From: an uncultured Verrucomicrobiae bacterium | Lineage (GTDB): Bacteria > Verrucomicrobiota > Verrucomicrobiia > Methylacidiphilales > UBA1321 | Reading direction: 5' to 3' | Assembly (NCBI GenBank): GCA_963702985.1 | Contig: OY969777.1 | Coordinates: 2,662,819-2,726,818 of the forward strand | DNA length: 64,000 nt | Part shown: one piece after another, positions 10,413 to 20,772 of the stretch | How positions within the stretch are numbered: the stretch's first letter is position 1 | How the letters are laid out: every line of letters begins with the position of its first letter | Translations under genes and position numbers: made by a program | The notes under the pieces: model-generated | Told to the model about the DNA's origin: nothing | Database searches by the model: none | What the model saw: only the letters and a program-made list of their open reading frames with translations

Positions 10413-10721
10413 GGGCATGTTAACACTAATGTCGGTTGGCGGCGGCAACCCCAACGGGGTTGCAATCATTCAGCCCAGGGTTGGCGCGGCAGCGCCTACC
10501 CTGGGTAGGTCGAGAAACATACAACCCTGAAAGGGTTGAAGCCGTCTCAACAGTGGTGGACTGATTCAACCCTTTCAGGGTTGGTCCTCTTTGCCGTTGA
10601 CCCAGGGTAGGCGCGTGGGACGTTGTCCCCCGCGCCAACCCTGGGCTGAGTGACAGCCATCCTTTCAGGATGGCTTTTCCGAGTACGAGCGATCTGTCCA
10701 TAAAATAGTGTTAACAGGCCC
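10413..10721. mobile_element. MITE family B, copy 1 (309 bp) with internal REP-like hairpins
   Basis: TIR GGGCATGTTAACACTA...TAGTGTTAACAGGCCC; second copy at 35992-36300. Confidence 0.85.
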
Positions 10722-10821
10722 TGGTGTTCGGCCAGGTTGGTAAGATACTAACCGCCGGTTCGGGCGAAGTTGCGAAAATTGTGCGCCCCCTCCCTTTCCG
10801 GAACCTATTCCAAAACTAATC

Positions 10822-13050
10822 TTAGTTCGTCAGGCGCGTGGCCATGGCGTAGATGATCAGGATCAGCAGGAGGACTCCGAGGCCGAAGAAGAGGTAACCG
10901 AACGTACGCGCGATGTTCTGCCAGCGTATCCACTCGTCCCTCACGCGGGACTCGTCGAGTTTGCCTTCCTTGACCAGCCGGTCATACCAGCGTTTGCGCT
11001 CGTGCAGCATCTCGGTCTTGGAAACGCGGCCGGAGAAGATGACGGTGTCCATCGGGAATTTCTCGATGCGGAAATGCGTGTTGAAGAAATGAATGGAGAA
11101 GATGAAGCCGGCGGCCAGCAGCGCCTCGTCCGAATGGAGAATCAGGGCCACGTTGATGACCCAGCCCGGCAGGAAGCGCGTGAAGAAGGTCGGGAACCAC
11201 ATGACCAGCCCCGACGCGCCGATGATGGCCACGCCCCAGAACACGGCGAAGTAATCGAATTTCTCCCAGTAAGTCCAGCGGTCGAACTGCGGCTTCGGGC
11301 CCTTGCCGAAGAACCATTTGTTGTGCGCCACGAAATCGCGCCAGTCCTGAAGGTTGAACACCATCGAGTCGGGACCGAACATCGCATTCCACAGCCGGCT
11401 GAATTGGAACCGGCCGCTGGCCGGGTCGCGCAGCGTTTTCCGGCCTTTCCAGGCCTTGCCGATCATCGCCGCGAGATGCAGGCCGAAGTAGAGAAAGGTG
11501 ACGATGGCGCCGAGGTGATGCAGCGTCCGCGCGGCCTCCGGGCCGCCGAGAATGTGGAACATCACCTTGGCCCAATCCGTGTAGTAGAACTTCAACGGCA
11601 TGCCGGTGACCACCAGCAGCAGGAAGCTGGTCACCACCATGAAGTGCAGGAAGCGCTCGAACGGCGAGAAGCGCGTGAACCATTCGCCGTCCACCTGCGT
11701 TTGTATCTTCGCCTCGCGGAATTGCTTCGAGTCGTGCAGGTAAAGATAAACCGCGCGCACCAGCCATCCCAGCGTGTGCAGGCCGAAAAAGCCGAACGTG
11801 CCGATGAGCAACCCCGTCATCAGCACGAACACCACGTGAAGCAGCGGATAATTTTTTCCGTCCAGCGGGTTGGCGTGGGGGCTGTACTGCGTGAACCCCG
11901 TGGCGGCGCCGGGATGACATTTCTGGCAGGTGGCGAGAATGTTGGCCTTGGAAAGGTGCGACCGCGGGTCGGACGGCGGCAGGATATCGTGATAACCGTG
12001 GCAGTCGTAACAGGCGGCAACCTGCGGCGCGACATTGGGTCTGCCCAACGCCATGGCCTTGCCGTGGTAGGTGTCCCGGTAACCCTCCAGCCGGTCGGCG
12101 TGACATTTGCCGCAGCGTTCGTCGCTGAGGGCCTTGAAATTGTTGCCCTCCGGATTCACGATTTCATGCGCGGAATGGCAATTCGTGCAGACCGGCCCGC
12201 GCGGGTCTCCCTTGGCCAGCAATAGTCCGTGAATGCTCTTGTCGTAAGTCTCTTCGACGCCGAGATGGCATTTGCCGCAGGTCTTGGCGACGTTGGCGTG
12301 GTTGATGAGCGAATCGCGGTCCACCGCCCGTTTGATGTCATGCACGCCGTGGCAGTCGTCGCAGGACGGCGCCACGATCAACCCCATCTTGAGCAGCGCG
12401 CGGCCATGGATGCTTTCCATGTATTGCGCCGCCGCTTCGGGATGATTGATCTGGTATTCCTTGCTCAGCCCCGCGTTGCTATGGCACCTGGCGCAGGTGT
12501 AGGGCAGGTTCATCTTGAAGACCGGCGAGGTTCGGTCCGTGACCGGCAGAATGTCGTGCGAGCCGTGGCAGTCCCAGCATTGCGCCGCGCCGGACGCGCC
12601 GAGCATATGACTCACGCCGTGGATGCTGCCGGCGTATTGTTTGGCTTCGTCGACGTGGCAGCCGGAGCAATCCGGCGCCGGCAGCGGACTGGCGTGGACG
12701 AGTTCCTTGACGCCGGTGTGGCAGTCCACGCAGGAGAGGCCGGCGTGGACCGATTTTGCGAAAGCTTTCGTCGGGAAAATCAGCGATTCGGTCTTCCCGT
12801 TGACGACGCGGGTGGTGTTGGGATCCAGATGGCAATCGAGGCAGTCGGAGTTGGCCAATTTTTCCGGGGCTTTTTCTGGTGGCTTTTCAGGGGCCTTTCC
12901 CTGGACATTTTCCGGAGGCTTCTCCGGGGCCTTTTCCTGGGCCGGCGCGCCGACGCCCGCCAGCCAGAAACAGGCCGGCAGGCAAATCCACAGCATCGCG
13001 GCGAGCCGGCGGCGGGTCGCGGTCATGGCGGTTGTTTCATTTGCAGCCAT
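10822..13050 (-). CDS. Multiheme cytochrome c (11 CxxCH) fused to a cytochrome b/FdnI-like membrane domain (CbcL-like architecture)
   Basis: 11 CxxCH motifs counted; C-terminal ERFLH, HHLG, WEKFDYFAVFWG and HSDEALLA...HFFNTH segments with His heme-b ligands. Confidence 0.9.
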   Translation of the reverse strand: MAANETTAMTATRRRLAAMLWICLPACFWLAGVGAPAQEKAPEKPPENVQGKAPEKPPEKAPEKLANSDCLDCHLDPNTTRVVNGKTESLIFPTKAFAKSVHAGLSCVDCHTGVKELVHASPLPAPDCSGCHVDEAKQYAGSIHGVSHMLGASGAAQCWDCHGSHDILPVTDRTSPVFKMNLPYTCARCHSNAGLSKEYQINHPEAAAQYMESIHGRALLKMGLIVAPSCDDCHGVHDIKRAVDRDSLINHANVAKTCGKCHLGVEETYDKSIHGLLLAKGDPRGPVCTNCHSAHEIVNPEGNNFKALSDERCGKCHADRLEGYRDTYHGKAMALGRPNVAPQVAACYDCHGYHDILPPSDPRSHLSKANILATCQKCHPGAATGFTQYSPHANPLDGKNYPLLHVVFVLMTGLLIGTFGFFGLHTLGWLVRAVYLYLHDSKQFREAKIQTQVDGEWFTRFSPFERFLHFMVVTSFLLLVVTGMPLKFYYTDWAKVMFHILGGPEAARTLHHLGAIVTFLYFGLHLAAMIGKAWKGRKTLRDPASGRFQFSRLWNAMFGPDSMVFNLQDWRDFVAHNKWFFGKGPKPQFDRWTYWEKFDYFAVFWGVAIIGASGLVMWFPTFFTRFLPGWVINVALILHSDEALLAAGFIFSIHFFNTHFRIEKFPMDTVIFSGRVSKTEMLHERKRWYDRLVKEGKLDESRVRDEWIRWQNIARTFGYLFFGLGVLLLILIIYAMATRLTN

Positions 13051-13140
13051 TGGAAATTTCAGCGCTCGCGTGAATCACAAATCACCCTTCGCGGTATTAA
13101 ACCGAGCGCCTCATGGCGCAAATCACCCTTTACCGCCGTA

Positions 13141-13470
13141 TCACTTCTTGAAAGTCCGCATATAGGCCACCAGCCCCTTGATGTCGCTGTCCGACAGGTT
13201 CGCGGCCGGTTTCATCGCGGTCTTGCCATCTTTGGTCGTAAGCCCTTCCTTGACTGCCTTGAACGCGGCGTCATCCGTCAAGGCGGCCTGAACGGCCGCA
13301 TCGGTGTAGTCCTTGGCGCCGAGCGTCCGGCCTATTTTGGTCTCGCCTTTGCCGTCTGCGCCGTGGCAGCGGGCGCATGAAGCGGCCCAGGTGTCCTTCG
13401 GCTCCGCGGCGCAAACCGCCAGCGAGGCGGCGAAACCCATGATGCTTGCAAACAGAATAATTCTTTTCAT
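13141..13470 (-). CDS. Monoheme class I cytochrome c
   Basis: Signal peptide, CARCH, distal Met in AMKP. Confidence 0.9.
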   Translation of the reverse strand: MKRIILFASIMGFAASLAVCAAEPKDTWAASCARCHGADGKGETKIGRTLGAKDYTDAAVQAALTDDAAFKAVKEGLTTKDGKTAMKPAANLSDSDIKGLVAYMRTFKK

Positions 13471-13642
13471 CGTTGTTGCTCCCTTAAGTTGAAGTGTTTT
13501 CGGCGCTGTGGTTTGCGCCCTTTCCGCGACTAGCCTCGTTTGAAACGCCGAAATCCACTACCACGGCATTGGCCAATGCCTCCCATTTCTTGTCCTGCCA
13601 ATACAGTAACGAACCTCGGAGCAAGCTCCGAGGCATTTTTGG

Positions 13643-13767
13643 GGTGGCCCGGGCTACTTCGTTGCCCGGGCGCGCGTAGCGCGCAGGAAGCGACGCTTTG
13701 CCGCGTGACCCACAAATCGCTTCCTGTCGCCTTCGGCGACCCGGACAAGCAAGTTGTCCGGGCCACC
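13643..13767. repeat. REP doublet, CCCGGACAAC...GTTGTCCGGG family
   Basis: GTGG-flanked hairpins in inverted orientation; related to 23183-23320 and 36304-36352. Confidence 0.65.
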
Positions 13768-13810
13768 CGGAAAAGACAAGCCGAAGCTTCGGGGAATTCA
13801 ACCCAGGGGA

Positions 13811-14788
13811 TTAAAACGAGCCTCTGATGCCGGCTTCCGCGTAGGGCGCGCCATCGCCGAGAGAAGTGCGGAAGCTCGTGCTGCGGGTGTCATAGCCGAT
13901 GTGGTCGGCGTGGATAACGAAATCACGATAGGGCATATAACCGCCGGAAACGTCGAGAGTGAGGTTGGGCGTAAATTTCCAGGTCAATCCGGCTCCCACG
14001 CGCAACTCGGTGAAGTCGCAGATATTGCCGTTCAACTGGCTGTTCGTCGTGCCGGGACCGTGGCCGTGGTTCGTGCCAAAGTTATTGTTGAGGTGATACG
14101 TGCCGGCCACGATATCGGCGCCGGTGTAGAGCGTCAGGCTGTTGTTGACTTCGTATTGGAGTTGCGGCTTGGGGGGAATGGCCGAGAGCACCCACTTGTC
14201 GGCGAACTGCCAGCGGAAACCGGGCAGGCCGATGAGCGGGTAATTCGATTTGAGGTCGAGCTGAAGCCCGAAGATGATCTGAAAGTCCTTGCTCCAGAGA
14301 TAAGTGCCGCCGACCTGCACGGGCATGTCAAAGTCGCTGCCGGTCACATCGACGAAATCACTGTAGATGCCGGGGTGAAGCTCGGCGCGCATGATGATCT
14401 TGTTGCCGATGGCCATGTCCGCGCCGATGATGGCGTTGGCCGATTGCAGCGTGTTGGGCAGCGGGGCACCGGGAAAAAGGCCGAAGGAATTGCGTTCCGT
14501 GTCCGCGCCGAACCGCAGCAGCACTCCGTCCTGGATCTGGGGGGAAACGACATAATCGAAATGGGAGTTGGTGTTGCTCACGCCGCCGAGCGAGGCGGTG
14601 CCCTGTTTCGTGGTCGACTCGCCCGTGGTGCTGCCTTCCATGGTGAATTCCTGGGAGACGGGATTATTGCTCTCCTGCGCGGGCGCGACCGTCGGGCTCA
14701 ATTCATCCTTGCCGTCAGCCCAGGCACTCGATGCCGTCAAGAAACACAAGGCCCCGACAAGCAGGGTGGATGGAAGGTTCGATTTCAT
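13811..14788 (-). CDS. Outer-membrane beta-barrel protein (DUF6268-like)
   Basis: Signal peptide, alternating beta pattern, PLIGLPGFRWQF, C-terminal Phe. Confidence 0.7.
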   Translation of the reverse strand: MKSNLPSTLLVGALCFLTASSAWADGKDELSPTVAPAQESNNPVSQEFTMEGSTTGESTTKQGTASLGGVSNTNSHFDYVVSPQIQDGVLLRFGADTERNSFGLFPGAPLPNTLQSANAIIGADMAIGNKIIMRAELHPGIYSDFVDVTGSDFDMPVQVGGTYLWSKDFQIIFGLQLDLKSNYPLIGLPGFRWQFADKWVLSAIPPKPQLQYEVNNSLTLYTGADIVAGTYHLNNNFGTNHGHGPGTTNSQLNGNICDFTELRVGAGLTWKFTPNLTLDVSGGYMPYRDFVIHADHIGYDTRSTSFRTSLGDGAPYAEAGIRGSF

Positions 14789-14935
14789 GAGGGGAACGCG
14801 ATAATAAAAGGCAGAAAAACGGGAAAATGACAAACAAAACTTTGGTTATGAGAGACTTAAGGTTCCCGTGACCGCCATAGCCGCCGCCGTGAGGCGGCGG
14901 ACTGCCCGCGCTCTCAAGAGCGCGGCTACGAGCGG

Positions 14936-15994
14936 CTATTTGAACTCCGCACGAAAGGCTTCGATGCCCCCTTTCGTTTCCTGAAGCATGATCATGACCG
15001 AGGCGAGACGCTCCGTGCCGTGGAGATAAGCGATGCTTGGGGCGGAGACGAGGTCGTCGCGCCAGACGAGAGTTTCCGTCTTCCCGTTCACCGTGATCGG
15101 CCAGAGTTGTTCCAGTTCGACCGTGGTGTAGACGCCCGAATTGACATAATACTTGATGTCGACCGACTGAATGGAGGTGCCGTTGACACCCTGGTAGACA
15201 ACTCCGGTGGCCAGGGCGGCATAGCCCTGAACGTCGAAGCATTCGAAGTAGAGATCGGCGGGCGCGATCTTGTCGCTGGACGCCCCGGCCAGGGCTTTGA
15301 GGGGTGTCTGGTTGAGCAGCCGCTGATATTGCCCGTAGATCTTGATGTCGGAGTGGAGGAGGTTCTTGATGTCGCTCAACGGGTGGATGTCGCCGCCGCT
15401 GACGACATCCTCGTCGGAACCGGCATGGCCGCTGAGAAAGCTTGTGCTCCGCCCGGACAAAATCTGGCTCCAGGCTTTGACGAAAAGCGTTTTGGGGTCT
15501 TTCTCCTGGGCGGCGGTCGCCGCGATCAATTGCGCCTCCTCTTTGCTGACTAGAAGCGAAGGATTGCCGGGATCGAGTTTTGCCGTGGCATCGATCTGGT
15601 ATTGGACGGAGCTGTTGTCGGGCAGGCTGCCCAGCCCGGAGAAATCGGCGGCGGTGGGTTTGACGGAAAGCCCGGACTGATGGAGCCAGACCTTAAGCTT
15701 GGGATGGCGGGACGGATTCCAATGAACCAGCTTGCTCTGAACGTCGGCCGGAAGGGCGTCGATGATGTAGAGCGATTGCGACGTGATCCCGCGCGGGAAG
15801 GTCAGCAGCCCGCCCCGCGCCTGGAGAACGGCGCCGCCGGCCATGCTGTTGACATCGACATTGCTGAAGGCGGTGAAGGCGAGGTCGCTGTTGAGGTCGG
15901 CCCGAATCGGCGCGGCGGCGAAGATTCCGAGGCCGAGGATCAGCAGCGCGTATGCGCGGAGGGATTTCAAGAGGTTGAGGTGAGGGTGGGTCAT
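14936..15994 (-). CDS. Hypothetical exported protein
   Basis: 352 aa ORF with signal peptide and genome-typical codon use. Confidence 0.75.
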   Translation of the reverse strand: MTHPHLNLLKSLRAYALLILGLGIFAAAPIRADLNSDLAFTAFSNVDVNSMAGGAVLQARGGLLTFPRGITSQSLYIIDALPADVQSKLVHWNPSRHPKLKVWLHQSGLSVKPTAADFSGLGSLPDNSSVQYQIDATAKLDPGNPSLLVSKEEAQLIAATAAQEKDPKTLFVKAWSQILSGRSTSFLSGHAGSDEDVVSGGDIHPLSDIKNLLHSDIKIYGQYQRLLNQTPLKALAGASSDKIAPADLYFECFDVQGYAALATGVVYQGVNGTSIQSVDIKYYVNSGVYTTVELEQLWPITVNGKTETLVWRDDLVSAPSIAYLHGTERLASVMIMLQETKGGIEAFRAEFK

Positions 15995-16012
15995 GACGAT
16001 GGAGGAATAGAA

Positions 16013-16315
16013 TCAGGCTTTAAAGCGGCGATGCAAGTCATCCTTGGTAAGACGGATGGACTCCTCTTTCAAATCATTAATTTTTTGGGCGAGGGCGAAA
16101 TCCTTGGCCGTCACAATGCTGCCGGCGTAGTGGGTCGACAGGCCGAGACGCACCGTGCGGTAGCGAATGTCGATGTCGGGGTGATGATTGGCGGCCTCGG
16201 CCAGCCTGCCGATTTCGACAACCAGGGCCAGCGCCTCGACAAAGTCGGCGCGCCGCATGGTGCGGGTCAGGGCATTGCCCTGCTGGGTCCAGCCTGGGGG
16301 AACATCTTGCGCCAT
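16013..16315 (-). CDS. phhB: Pterin-4-alpha-carbinolamine dehydratase
   Basis: AEAANHHPDIDIRY...LSTH...KDFALA motif. Confidence 0.9.
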   Translation of the reverse strand: MAQDVPPGWTQQGNALTRTMRRADFVEALALVVEIGRLAEAANHHPDIDIRYRTVRLGLSTHYAGSIVTAKDFALAQKINDLKEESIRLTKDDLHRRFKA

Positions 16316-16411
16316 TCATCAATGCTAGGGGCTATCTTCGATAGGGCAAGCTCCCGCGGAGGGCGGCGCTTTCTGTTTGAACTATTTTTTTCAACAGACA
16401 AGATCGACCCC

Positions 16412-16461
16412 CTATGGGACGTATGGGACATATAGGTCCTATAGGACCCTTAAGTCCCATT
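16412..16461. repeat. Degenerate ~9-bp periodic repeat (ATGGGAC/ATAGGTCC/AAGTCCCAT)
   Basis: Seen directly; related tract at 26995-27053. Confidence 0.6.
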
Positions 16462-16475
16462 CAGCAGCCATGCCC

Positions 16476-17529
16476 ATGCTCGACGAAATCATCTCCCTCC
16501 AGGAACAAATCCTCGACGGCCATCGCCGGCGCGGCCGATGCCGACGCGCTCGAAGCGGTGCGCATCCAATACCTCGCCCGAAGCGGCAGCCTGCCCCTGC
16601 TGCTCGAGAAAATGGCCTCCGTGCCGAAGGAACAGCGGCCCGTGGTTGGCAAGGCCGCCAACGAAGCCAAGAACGCGGTCGCGGCCGCCTATGAAGCCCG
16701 CAAGGCCGAGCTGACCGCCGCCGCCGAATCGGCCGATTTCGATCCGACCCTGCCGGGCCGTTACGAAGCGCCCGGCTCGCTGCATCCGGTGCTCCAGGTG
16801 CGGGACCGCGCCATCGAGATTTTCCGGCGGCTCGGCTTTGCGCTGGCCGACGGGCCCGACATCGAAAACGAGGTCTTCAATTTCGACGCGCTCAACACGC
16901 CGCCCGATCATCCGGCCCGCAACGAGCAGGACACCTTTTATCTCAAGGAAGACGGCCTCGCGCCCAGCCTCGGCCTGGACGGGAAATCGCCGGGCGGCCG
17001 GCGCCTGATGCGGACGCAGACGTCCACCGTGCAGATCCACGCCATGCTCCAGCAGCCGCCGCCGATCCGGATCATCGCGCCGGGCCGCTGCTATCGCCGC
17101 GACGAGATCGACGCGACGCACGGGATGTCGTTCTTCCAGATGGAGGGGCTCGTCGTCGACGAGGGCGTGACGCTGGCCGACCTGAAGGGAACGCTCGAAT
17201 ATTTCTTCCGCGAGTTGCTGGGCGAGGACTTGAAGTTCCGCTTCCGGCCCCATTTCTTTCCGTTCACCGAGCCGAGCTTCGAGGTCGATTGCTCGCGCGC
17301 CGGCAGCCAGGTGAAGGGCAAGGAATGGCTCGAGATTTGCGGCTGCGGCATGGTCGATCCGGCGGTTTTCGAGCAGGTCGGCTACGACCCGGAGAAATAT
17401 ACCGGCTACGCCTTCGGCTTCGGCATCGAGCGGATCGCGATCATGCGCCACGGCATCCCCGATCTGCGCTTCTTCACCGAAAACGACGTCCGCTTCCTGC
17501 GCCAGTTCAGCACGCGGATTGATGCTTGA
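16476..17529 (+). CDS. pheS: Phenylalanyl-tRNA synthetase alpha subunit (apparent +1 frameshift near 16515)
   Basis: NFDALN.PPDHPARNEQDTFY, RTQTSTVQ, FPFTEPSFEVD, GYAFGFGIER; the N-terminus MLDEIISLQEQIL is in another frame. Confidence 0.95.
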
Positions 17530-17551
17530 GAACGCAGCGGAGGTCTCGCTT

Positions 17552-18974
17552 TTACGCCTCGGTGACGACCACAGGCGCGCTTACCTGCCTTTGCGGCATC
17601 CAATCGATCTTGCGGCGGAGAAAGGCCACCCAGCCAAAGACCGCGCCGAGTTGCCGCAAGATCTGGAAGACAAACGGCTCCGAGAGGGTCGCGCCGAGGG
17701 ATTGAAGCCAGAGCTTGCGGGAAAGGGGAATGCCTAGCCAACGCTGATAGAGAATAATGGAATAGGCATGGAGCAGGAGATCAAAAATCAGCTTGGCGAT
17801 GATAAGCTTGACGATAAAAACATCCAAAGAGTGGCGAATTGACAGCAATACAACCAAAACAACCCCCGCCGCCAATGCGTAGATTGGCAGCAGGAGATCA
17901 AGCGTTTTGAGGCATAGCATGTAACGACCCACCGTCCCGTAGCGCCCATTGCCGACCATATCGTGATATTTGAAGTGGGTGGCGATAAAACCTGCAAACC
18001 AACGCCGCCTTTGGTTGAGGAAAGTATCGATAGAAGCGGGCGCATCGGTCGTTCCACGCGCGTTAGAGAGCGTCTTTATCGTTAAAGCTTGGCCGGAATC
18101 GAAAGCATCGCGGTAAACGCGGTGGGTTAGTTCGTAATCCTCGACCCAGCTCGTTGTGTCAAAACCGCCCGCCGATTCGAGCACGCTGCGCCGGTAGGCG
18201 GCAAAAGCCCCGGAAATGAGAAGCAGCATGTCATACTGCATCCAGGTCAGCCGCCAGAGAAAACCGCGCGCGTATTCGAAGGTCTGGAAGAACTGGAAGA
18301 ACCCGGCCCAGGGTGTCCGCTGGCAGACGGGCACGAGCACCCCCCCGGCGATGCCCGAGATTGGGGTCCTCGGCGAAGCCGTCGCGAGTCGCGGCCAGCG
18401 CTTCCGGTTCGACACAGGTATCGGCGTCGAGCGTAACCACGATTTCGCCCCGGGCCATCCTCCAGCCGAGGTTGAGCGAGCCGGCCTTGCCCGTGTTGGG
18501 CTTGCGCCAGACGCTCAGGCAGGGCCAGCGGGCCGAGCGACCCAATGAGGCGCCCGCTCCCATCGGCTCGAACTCAAGGGCAAACTCGGCGGTGAGCCAT
18601 TCAACCATGTCGTCGGTCGAGCCGTCGTCGAGGACGATGATTTCGTCCGCCGGTTCCGTCTGGGCGGCCAAGGCGCGGAGACATGCCGGCAGGACAAGCC
18701 GTTCATTGCGCGCGCAAACGAGCACGGTCAGCGTGGGCCGATGATCCTTCGGGCTTCGGCCCGCGGCGGGCTCGGCTCGCTTGCGCTTGTCTTCCCGGCT
18801 GACCGCGATCTGGCTGGAAACAACCATGAAGCCGAGCAGGAGCGAGTCGTAGGAAATGTAGACCAGGCCGATGGTCCAGGCCGCGACGCCTTTGAAGGCG
18901 AAGGAGGCGTAGAGGGTGAAGACGAGGAGACCGAGGACGGCGCTGAAAAGGAGGGGCCAGCGAAGGGATTGCAC
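17552..18974 (-). CDS. GT2 processive glycosyltransferase (PgaC/IcaA-like; frameshift near 18355)
   Basis: DDGSTD, GKAGSLN, LDADT, VEDYELT and QRRRW motifs split across two ORFs. Confidence 0.85.
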
Positions 18975-19073
18975 GGAAATGGCAGCCTAGCACAACAGGG
19001 TGCTTTTAGCGAGAGCCGGGTCCTTTGTCATGAGTGCGCGCTTAACGAAGCACGCGGAGCCAAGACTGGAAGA

Positions 19074-19259
19074 CTAACGTCTGGCGGCGCGGCGAGGATG
19101 GCGAACTTTCATCTCTTCGAGAGAATGTCCACAATCACCAGCTTGGTAAGCGGCCCAAGCGCGATCAATCTGGGGCCAAGTCACCGGCGCAGCATCGTCG
19201 GGATGCTGAGAAGGGACCTGAACCCGAGCTTTCTTGACGGTTGCCATTTCACGAACCAT
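19074..19259 (-). CDS. Small protein, antitoxin-like (orphan)
   Basis: IDRAWAAYQAGDCGHSLEEMK resembles the C-termini of addiction-module antitoxins; inference. Confidence 0.45.
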   Translation of the reverse strand: MVREMATVKKARVQVPSQHPDDAAPVTWPQIDRAWAAYQAGDCGHSLEEMKVRHPRRAARR

Positions 19260-19521
19260 ACACCCCAAAAATCAACTCTGTCAATCCATACGCTGGCGGC
19301 GGACGCTTCAAAAACAGCAGGGGAACCTCCGAAAAGCCCATCTTGCCGTTCACCATTCGCTCGCCTTCTTCGGCCCGGTTGCGCTCGTCTTTTACCAGGT
19401 CCGCAAGACGATTTTTGGCCACGGAAAACAGTTTTGTTTGCAGCGACTTGCGAATGAGCTTGCCATTAACTTTGAGTCTCGCAAAATAGACCCTTGACGC
19501 TTTCCGTATCCGATTGCGGTA
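19249..19521 (-). pseudogene. Relic N-terminal (arm-binding) region of a tyrosine integrase
   Basis: Startless frame YRNRIRKASRVYFARLKVNGKLIRKSLQTKLFSVAKNRLADLVKDER...GKMGFSE immediately 5' of tRNA-Phe. Confidence 0.6.
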
Positions 19522-19579
19522 TCAGAATCGTAAAAACGGCGGAACAGATGCTTTGTAAGTTGTTGGTTACCAGATTATT

Positions 19580-19652
<73 letters not shown>

Positions 19653-19716
19653 CGCCTCTAAAGGGCGCATCGAAAACGTGCGACGCGCACCAAACGCGCC
19701 GAGGGAGGCGCCGGCT

Positions 19717-20208
19717 CTATTTGGTCACGGGTATGGGCGGCGCGGCGGGAAACATGGGCGCGGCGCTTGGGGGCTCGAACGCCCGTATTGGCGCGGAGTT
19801 CGTCATAGCGGCAGCCCGTTGCGCCGAGGCGGCGTCTGTCGGCACCGGGGGCGGCGGCTCGGATAGGTCCATGAGCACGGGTTGCGCGGCTTGCAATTGC
19901 CGAAGCTTGAACTCAACGGCGATTTCCTGAGCTTTGGGATCCTTGGACGCCAATCTCAAGACATCTCTCGCCATCGAAAAAAACTTGGCTTTTTCGTATT
20001 GAGCATGCTTGACCTTCTCATCCATGTGATCGACGGCCCGGGTGACTTCATCCAACTGGTCTTCGATGTTCAAGACCTGGTAAATCGCGAAGGTGCCTGA
20101 TCCAAAGAGGAACACCAGCATCGGCCAAAAAAGCGTATGCCTGGAAGCAGAGGACCTGGGGGTCGAAGTGTACTTCGAGCGGGGAACGGGAGTTGAGGCG
20201 GCGGACAT
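19717..20208 (-). CDS. Hypothetical protein: one TM, coiled coil, Pro-rich tail
   Basis: ORF architecture. Confidence 0.7.
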   Translation of the reverse strand: MSAASTPVPRSKYTSTPRSSASRHTLFWPMLVFLFGSGTFAIYQVLNIEDQLDEVTRAVDHMDEKVKHAQYEKAKFFSMARDVLRLASKDPKAQEIAVEFKLRQLQAAQPVLMDLSEPPPPVPTDAASAQRAAAMTNSAPIRAFEPPSAAPMFPAAPPIPVTK

Positions 20209-20267
20209 GGGATTCGAGGTAGGGAAGGAAAGTGTGTTCTTAAGCGGGCTTTCGTGTTGGGAAACGA

Positions 20268-20624
20268 TCAGGCGCCGCTCGGCTGGATCGGAGCGATTGG
20301 GGTGCTGGGGGAGGTCGGCGGCGGCGGGGGAGTCATTGCCGGCGGCGCGGAACCGGCGCCCGCACCTGGTTTCGAATGGATCTCAACGCCCTCCCTCTTG
20401 AGCACATCAGCGAGGGCCGGGTCCTGGGGGCTGGCCTGATAAACATGGATGGCGAGCTGCTTCCAGGCGTTTTCAAACGCGGGCGCGGTTGAAGCGATTT
20501 CCTGACAATCGACGAGCTGCCGCTGCTCCCGGTCGAGGGCGCGGCTAAGAAAAATCAGTTTGATAAAGAAAATGCTGACGAAGGAACTGCCGAGAAGCAA
20601 AATCCAAAATTGAGTGGCTCTCAT
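20268..20624 (-). CDS. Hypothetical protein: one TM, coiled coil, Pro-rich tail
   Basis: Start at MRATQFW; same architecture as its neighbour. Confidence 0.7.
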   Translation of the reverse strand: MRATQFWILLLGSSFVSIFFIKLIFLSRALDREQRQLVDCQEIASTAPAFENAWKQLAIHVYQASPQDPALADVLKREGVEIHSKPGAGAGSAPPAMTPPPPPTSPSTPIAPIQPSGA

Positions 20625-20772
20625 AGACGGGTGAAGATGGCGTGTGCCTGCCTCAGCCGGGGGTTCCCAAGCCGCGCCGCACCACGCAAAGAAAGGATTA
20701 GCCACTATGGCCCATGAAGGCAAGCATCCGCGGCGAAATCGATGGCCTCAGGCAAAGCGCAAGTCACCCGAC

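Noticed and set aside
10426-10701. Duplicated 91/116-aa ORFs (also 35930-36280)
   Set aside because: Translations of MITE B palindromes; no transposase or other motif.
16412-16461. Possible CRISPR arrays at the short repeats (also 26995, 45747, 55671)
   Set aside because: No constant repeat with unique spacers and no cas genes in the window.
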